Part shown: piece by piece, positions 62,856 through 64,000 of the stretch | Layout: every line of letters starts with the position of its first letter | Numbering within the stretch: the stretch's first letter is position 1 | NCBI GenBank assembly: GCA_963675495.1 | Contig: OY776215.1 | Coordinates: forward strand, 1,696,001-1,760,000 | Reading direction: 5' to 3' | DNA length: 64,000 nt | From: an uncultured Methanolobus sp. | GTDB lineage: Archaea > Halobacteriota > Methanosarcinia > Methanosarcinales > Methanosarcinaceae | Position numbers and translations under genes: made by a program | The notes under the pieces: generated by a model | Databases searched by the model: none | Told to the model about the DNA's origin: nothing | The model's input: the letters and a program-made list of their open reading frames with translations, nothing else

Positions 62856-64000
62856 TTATACGGCACTTCTGTCCATGTCAATGGTCAACAATCTGGCATT
62901 TATAGCGACTATGATAGTGCTCAATGACATGAGTACTGCTCCGGCAGCAGGTGATAACAATATTCCCTGTTGGTAAAGAACCCCTGCTGCAAGTGGAATT
63001 GCAAGGGCATTGTAGCCTGTAGCCCAGAAAAGGTTCTGTATCATTTTACCGTACGTTGCGCGGGAAAGATCGATGATTGTCATAACATCAAGAGGATTGC
63101 TTTTCACAAGTACGATGTCCGCGGTTTCCACTGCAACATCAGTCCCCGCTCCAATGGCTATTCCGATGTCTGCCTGTGCCAGTGCAGGTGCGTCATTGAT
63201 ACCATCCCCGACCATTGCCACATTAAATCCTCTCCCCTGAACTTCCTTAATTATGGAAGCTTTTTCTCCTGGAAGAACTCCTGCAAAGTATTCATCAAGC
63301 CCTATCTGTCCTGCCACACGTTCAGCCACTTGTTTCTGGTCGCCGGTAAGCATGATACACTTAATTCCCATTTCCTTCAGTCTGCCGATGACTTCCTTAG
63401 ATTCAGGTCTGACCACATCTTCCAGTGCAATGGCCCCAACGGCATTCTCTTCGATCAGGACAAAAACCATGGTTTTTCCCTGACTGGCTATATCCCTCAT
63501 TTTCTCATCAGGATAATTGATACTTTCATCTTTTAGATATCCGGGACTTACAACCTTTATATCCTTACCGTTAACAGTCCCATGTGCTCCTTTTCCGGCA
63601 ATGGCACTGAAGTTTTCAACCGGGTAGGTAGATTCTGAGGAGTCCATAATTCCCCTGGCTATCGGATGCTCAGAGTTGGATTCAATTGAAGCTGCATATT
63701 TCAGCATTTCCTTCTCTTCAATATTCTCGTCGAAGGTGATCACATCACTGACACCGAACTCTCCTTTTGTGAGTGTTCCAGTTTTATCAAAAATGATCGC
63801 ATCGATATTCCTTGCTCTTTCAAATGCTGTTCTGTTCCTGATCAACAAGCCATTTCTTGCACCGATTGCTGTGGAAACTGAAACAACAAGAGGGATTGCA
63901 AGTCCCAGTGCATGAGGACATGTGATAACCATAACGGTAACTGCTCTTTCCAGCGAAAAAGCAAGGTCGGTGTTTACAAATCGAAGCCATGCAAAAAAAG
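62856..64000 (-). CDS. Heavy-metal P1B-type ATPase, CopB-like (5' part lies outside the window)
   Basis: CPHALGL, DKTGT, SEHP, GDGIND, MSLST. Confidence 0.92.
   Translation of the reverse strand, partial: FFAWLRFVNTDLAFSLERAVTVMVITCPHALGLAIPLVVSVSTAIGARNGLLIRNRTAFERARNIDAIIFDKTGTLTKGEFGVSDVITFDENIEEKEMLKYAASIESNSEHPIARGIMDSSESTYPVENFSAIAGKGAHGTVNGKDIKVVSPGYLKDESINYPDEKMRDIASQGKTMVFVLIEENAVGAIALEDVVRPESKEVIGRLKEMGIKCIMLTGDQKQVAERVAGQIGLDEYFAGVLPGEKASIIKEVQGRGFNVAMVGDGINDAPALAQADIGIAIGAGTDVAVETADIVLVKSNPLDVMTIIDLSRATYGKMIQNLFWATGYNALAIPLAAGVLYQQGILLSPAAGAVLMSLSTIIVAINARLLTIDMDRSAV

Overview
Archaeal DNA from a Methanosarcinaceae methylotrophic methanogen (possibly Methanolobus; the genus is inference). 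Positions ~450-49,500 form a methylamine-utilisation and pyrrolysine supercluster. It holds mtmBC x2, near-identical mtbBC x2, mttBC, mtbA, ramA, permeases mttP/mtbP/mtmP, pylSBCD and a displaced tRNA-Pyl (18997-19068). The five methyltransferase ORFs split in the ORF track are intact genes with an in-frame UAG (pyrrolysine). Poorly explained components inside the cluster are three hydantoinase-A-like ASKHA ATPases with no B subunit, an output-less PAS/GAF sensor, two dCache kinase/receiver pairs next to Msr-like regulators, and several tiny membrane proteins beside the permeases. A decayed zone (~19-27 kb) carries mtbA, mttB, IS5 and larE remnants. The cluster lies a few kb from the replication origin (DP1, cdc6, five ORB boxes), followed by housekeeping genes (mfnA, M50 protease, TraB, ftr, partial P-type ATPase). 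All calls come from reading the sequence; no searches were run.
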